Source: a virus
Taxonomy: Duplodnaviria; Caudoviricetes
DNA: 28,943 nucleotides
Direction: 5' to 3' (one strand)
IMG/VR virus record: IMGVR_UViG_3300030376_005909
Span: 1 to 28,943 of that record
A model generated the notes under the pieces. That model did not search any database, was not told the DNA's origin, and saw only the letters and a program-made list of their open reading frames with translations. The stretch's first letter is position 1, and each line of letters starts with the position of its first letter. The position numbers and the translations under genes are program-made. This document shows, one piece after another, positions 25,748 to 28,943 of the stretch.

Positions 25748-26409
25748 TGTAATTTCTCCTGCATTTTAGATTTAATCTCAAGCCAAATGTCGGGATTGTT
25801 CTGTGCAAGCACTTCTTGAACAATTTGCATTTGTGCGACTATAATAGTATCTTGTCTCTTATGAATGAGTTTACCCTTAAACTCCATAAGATATTTTAGC
25901 GACTCTCTAATTTCCCTTGCTAACTTAGTAAGAGCATCAATCATCTTAGGGTCAAGGTCATTTCCTAATTCGTCAAATACCTGCGATAATCGCACATCTA
26001 ACTTAGCAACATTGTTTGATAGTAAATCAACTTCATCTACTTCCTTTTTCGCTATCATAAGTGCTGCGGATTCCTGCACGATTGGCATCAAGTGGTGCTT
26101 CATGTGTCTTTGGACTTGACTTTTTGTAGTGTTAAGAGCAGTAGAAACCGCCTCACTAGTAATATTACCTTCATTGATGGCCTGTTCATAATGCTTCCTC
26201 ATAGGGTCTGTGCATAAAACACATTTTGGATTGGATGACATTTTATATTCACCCATATGATTTCTTTGATGTTGAGCAGATGTCCCGCTTCTCCAATCAT
26301 TAGCCTTATCTAATTCATCACAAGTCACTGTTCCCATTTCAAGAGAAGATTCTAATTCCTCTCTATTCTCGGATTGGCACAAACCACAACGCTTACGATT
26401 AACTGTCAT
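25744..26409 (-). CDS. Tandem CxxC/His Zn-HTH protein with coiled-coil tail; putative terminase small subunit
   Basis: Two units, CGLC...QHQRNH and CVLC...RHMKHH, then helical oligomerisation-like segments. Upstream of terL. Likely start ATG 26409. The TerS role is an inference. Confidence 0.55.
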   Translation of the reverse strand: MTVNRKRCGLCQSENREELESSLEMGTVTCDELDKANDWRSGTSAQHQRNHMGEYKMSSNPKCVLCTDPMRKHYEQAINEGNITSEAVSTALNTTKSQVQRHMKHHLMPIVQESAALMIAKKEVDEVDLLSNNVAKLDVRLSQVFDELGNDLDPKMIDALTKLAREIRESLKYLMEFKGKLIHKRQDTIIVAQMQIVQEVLAQNNPDIWLEIKSKMQEKLQ

Positions 26410-26411
26410 AG

Positions 26412-27539
26412 TTAATTCCGCCATAGTAGGTGTTGCCACATTTTACTAATCACTTTATTGTCGGGACTAGTGGCGTCCTTTCCATATTTTTCTCTACGAG
26501 TCTTTCGGTAATCAAATCCTCTCTTGGTTTTATTTTGCCAAGCCCTATACTGATTAGGTGCTTTGATAGTGTTCTTTCTTTTTAATGCTCTATTAGTTAA
26601 AGTAATAATAGGAGTAGCAGTAGTCATTAATTTAAAAGTAGTTACTCTTCCAGCAAGCCCTTCCTTTTCTTTTATACTACCTAAGTTGGCTAATTCTCTA
26701 ATCATGGCTTGGTCTTTATTGCTCAAGTTAAAAGAAGTAGACTGTAATTCTCTTCTAACTTTATCCACTAATAGTTTTCCACCAGAATTCCAATAAGTTT
26801 CTTCTCTGACTACTTTGTTAAAGAAGTCTTCAATGGCACTAAGTTCATCAATATCTGCTGCATCTGTTCCGCTAGGTAAAGTGTCAATTTCAACTTCTAT
26901 TTCCGCATCATCTATGTCTTCTGCTGCTTCTTGCATAATATATAACAGGCCTTTAGGTTTAGAATACGGGCCACTTGAGTATGAAAATAATGCTTCATGA
27001 GGAGGATTGTTGCCTGTCATCCATTCATCAGGAACCTTTGATACTCCTTCATGTCTTTTAGCATACCATTCAGTAGCGTAATGCCCTTGAACTGTTCTAG
27101 GTGCAAGTTTTTCTCCCGTTGGAGTTTTGTCTTGTTCAGTAAATAGAATAAAAGCAGGGTCAAAAGCGGGGGTTGTTCCGCCAGCATCTTTACCAGTCTT
27201 TTCCATAGCCTTTAATGCTTTAGCGTATTCAGCAATAAATTCTGCTTGAACATTAGTAAATAATTCAGGCCCATCTACCATGTCTTCAATAACCTCTAAA
27301 AATTGAATTGCACCTTGACCATCTAAACCCTGATTCCTACTATTTTCTCTAATGTTATCTTGCATATGGTTTTTCAACATAGTGTATAAATCAGGAATGT
27401 TTTTTACTTTTAAATCGCCACCGCTAACTCCTTCACAGTTAGTTCTCCAAGTATTAAAATCATCAATAAAATTACTTTTTACTTCTTGTTTAACTCTATT
27501 ACCTTTATAGGGAACATAGTTTTTCTTTTCATCTGGCAT
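26412..27539 (-). CDS. Hypothetical protein
   Basis: About 375 aa, start 27539 or 27548 (GGAGG RBS), basic C-terminus ending ISKMWQHLLWRN. Confidence 0.75.
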   Translation of the reverse strand: MPDEKKNYVPYKGNRVKQEVKSNFIDDFNTWRTNCEGVSGGDLKVKNIPDLYTMLKNHMQDNIRENSRNQGLDGQGAIQFLEVIEDMVDGPELFTNVQAEFIAEYAKALKAMEKTGKDAGGTTPAFDPAFILFTEQDKTPTGEKLAPRTVQGHYATEWYAKRHEGVSKVPDEWMTGNNPPHEALFSYSSGPYSKPKGLLYIMQEAAEDIDDAEIEVEIDTLPSGTDAADIDELSAIEDFFNKVVREETYWNSGGKLLVDKVRRELQSTSFNLSNKDQAMIRELANLGSIKEKEGLAGRVTTFKLMTTATPIITLTNRALKRKNTIKAPNQYRAWQNKTKRGFDYRKTRREKYGKDATSPDNKVISKMWQHLLWRN

Positions 27540-28353
27540 CTTCTTCATCCTCCTTTTTACCTGAATACTTTACATTGAATAGGGCGGGGGCCGAAGAAGT
27601 GCTTACTGCCCCAGTTATTTTTTCTAAGTCACTACCTTTAACCTTTTCGAGTGCTTCTTGAATCATATCATAAAGAGCATCAAATTCTTTAGCACCATAT
27701 CTATTTTTCATTTCTTCTATATCATTAAAATTAATTTCTGAAATTTCAGGCTTTCCTGCTTGTCTAGCAGTAATTTCTAATCTAGCCAGTTTCTCTTTAA
27801 TTTCACCTGTTAGTTTATCATCGCTAAGTCCTCTAGTAATACCATCGACAAAAGCAATAATAGTTTCAACCATCTCAGTAGTTCTAGGAGTATGCATACC
27901 CTTAACCCCTAATATATTTGTCAGTGAAGGAGGAAAATAACTAGTTCTTGCTTGAGGGTGCATTAAAAAAGTTTTTAGTCTTAAGTATGTGCTTTCTGGA
28001 AATTGCCCTACAAATGCTCCATATTCTTCTTGGGCAGAAGTCATAGAAAATTGTTCTTCAGCCATACCAGCATGAGTCCCTTCATGCATAATAATCCTAA
28101 TAATAAAATCAGAAATGTCTTTATCTGTAGGTTCCCTTTCTAATTTATCTTTTAAATAATCATAAGAGAGGGCAGGATTGATTCTAATAGATTCATGCAT
28201 AGCATCTTTAAATGTCAAATTCTTACCACTAAATAATATATTAAATACTTCATCCAGTTCTAATTTTTTTGATTCTCCCATATACATACCAAATGCCTCA
28301 ATAGCATTATCAAAGTCAATGTCTTCTACTTTAATAATGTCAAACCATTTCAT
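27529..28353 (-). CDS. Putative zincin-like metallopeptidase with N-terminal W-x-x-I-I-K tag
   Basis: IIMHEGTHAGM (HExxH) with a downstream EEYGA. Start ATG 28353 after AGGTGA gives MKWFDIIKV. Confidence 0.6.
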   Translation of the reverse strand: MKWFDIIKVEDIDFDNAIEAFGMYMGESKKLELDEVFNILFSGKNLTFKDAMHESIRINPALSYDYLKDKLEREPTDKDISDFIIRIIMHEGTHAGMAEEQFSMTSAQEEYGAFVGQFPESTYLRLKTFLMHPQARTSYFPPSLTNILGVKGMHTPRTTEMVETIIAFVDGITRGLSDDKLTGEIKEKLARLEITARQAGKPEISEINFNDIEEMKNRYGAKEFDALYDMIQEALEKVKGSDLEKITGAVSTSSAPALFNVKYSGKKEDEEDAR

Positions 28354-28357
28354 AATC

Positions 28358-28627
28358 TCACCTTCTAGATTTATTGCCATGACACTTCCACTTTTTACGG
28401 CTTAAGTTGTTAGGGCTGTTTGGGTCTTTACGCCAATCACCTTTGATATTATTTGACCTTGCACAGTAAGCATCTCCCTTAGAAGTTCCCGGCCTGATTC
28501 TATCTTTACCATCTTTGGCTTTACCTGCTTGGCCATATTTGACAGTTTTTTTTCTTCCTGTTTTTTTATTAGTAACTACTTTCTTAAAGCGCCTTTTAAA
28601 TTTTAAGACTTCTTTCCATTCGCTCAT
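28358..28627 (-). CDS. Small, highly basic protein with N-terminal W-x-x-V-L-K tag
   Basis: 89 aa, MSEWKEVLKF. The KTVKYGQ...AYCARS...SPNNLSRKKWKC pattern resembles small basic proteins I recall from marine viruses. Confidence 0.75.
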   Translation of the reverse strand: MSEWKEVLKFKRRFKKVVTNKKTGRKKTVKYGQAGKAKDGKDRIRPGTSKGDAYCARSNNIKGDWRKDPNSPNNLSRKKWKCHGNKSRR

Positions 28628-28943
28628 GCCCCTTTCCTCCTTTTGTAAGTTTTACAAGCAGAACAAGTAGGCCTACATCTTTGCTTAGTTCCCTTAGAAG
28701 CATCCTTTCTACCACAGGGTTTTGTTCCTTCTTTATCATCTTCACATGATTGACAGGAAACCCAACCACTTTGGCCATCTCCGCCCCTTCTTGAAAACCA
28801 GCCGTGTAATCCTTCTTTCTTTTCTCTTGCGAAATTATCATTCTTTTTAACTGAATTGCCCCAATTAGCAGCGCCAACTTTACGACACTGAACTAAAGCA
28901 CCAGAAGCATAAGCCGAAGGCCACTTTTTATAACGGCTTTTTA
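28624..28943 (-). CDS. Basic Cys-rich protein, 5'-truncated (WPSAYASG type)
   Basis: Not in the track. Frame from 28941: KSRYKKWPSAYASGALVQCRKVGAANWGN...GLHGWFSRRGG...WVSCQSC...KPCGRK...CRPTCSAC...GA*. The TGA overlaps the next ATG. Confidence 0.75.
   Translation of the reverse strand, partial: KSRYKKWPSAYASGALVQCRKVGAANWGNSVKKNDNFAREKKEGLHGWFSRRGGDGQSGWVSCQSCEDDKEGTKPCGRKDASKGTKQRCRPTCSACKTYKRRKGA

Larger units (their letters stand above)
24303..25766 (-). repeat. Array of five 23-29 bp direct repeats separating small genes (consensus AAATGCAGGAGAAATTACAATGAGTTGG on the minus strand)
   Basis: Copies at 24303-24331 and 24725-24753 (28/29 identical to each other), 25096-25120 (degenerate), 25485-25510 and 25744-25766. 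Confidence 0.9.

Noticed and set aside
24303-25766. Direct-repeat array as a CRISPR locus
   Set aside because: The spacers are 230-400 bp protein-coding genes, the repeats are non-palindromic RBS/start sequences, and there are no cas genes.
26412-26445. C-terminal MWQHLLWR as another copy of the tag
   Set aside because: It lacks the invariant Lys. It may be a variant but was not counted.
499-28405. All plus-strand ORFs in the track (60-121 aa)
   Set aside because: Each lies antisense to minus-strand genes and most have the S/L/F/I-rich composition expected from reverse-complemented E/K/D-rich codons. None has a recognisable motif.
28596-28877. Listed 93-aa minus-strand ORF
   Set aside because: It overlaps an alternative frame (28624 to >28943) that has a recognisable motif pattern and a clean ATGA junction with the next gene.

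Overview
This is an AT-rich, gene-dense fragment with essentially every real gene on the minus strand, mostly overlapping or abutting. It is the head-morphogenesis region of a head-tail (HK97-type) virus: putative terminase small subunit, terminase large subunit, portal, prohead protease/scaffold and major capsid protein. GGTGA/GAGGTG ribosome-binding sites, a TATA box and the gene content point to an archaeal host. My best guess is a magrovirus-like virus of Marine Group II Euryarchaeota, which is an inference and not database-confirmed. Unexpected genes sit among the head genes: an ATP-dependent DNA ligase with extra domains, an HMG-CoA lyase, a wHTH-LAGLIDADG protein, a HExxH protein, a GNAT-like protein, and an Arf/Rab-like small GTPase next to two membrane proteins. 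Two signals are not explained by the gene list. (1) A W-x-x-[IVL]-[ILH]-K peptide starts ten mostly unrelated proteins and ends three, including the protease/scaffold; it is a candidate capsid cargo-loading or processing tag. (2) An array of small genes at 24.0-25.8 kb is separated by 23-29 bp direct repeats that copy the 3' end of the putative terS gene plus the RBS and start codon, as if cassettes had been added serially at one site. No CRISPR array, tRNA or rRNA was seen.
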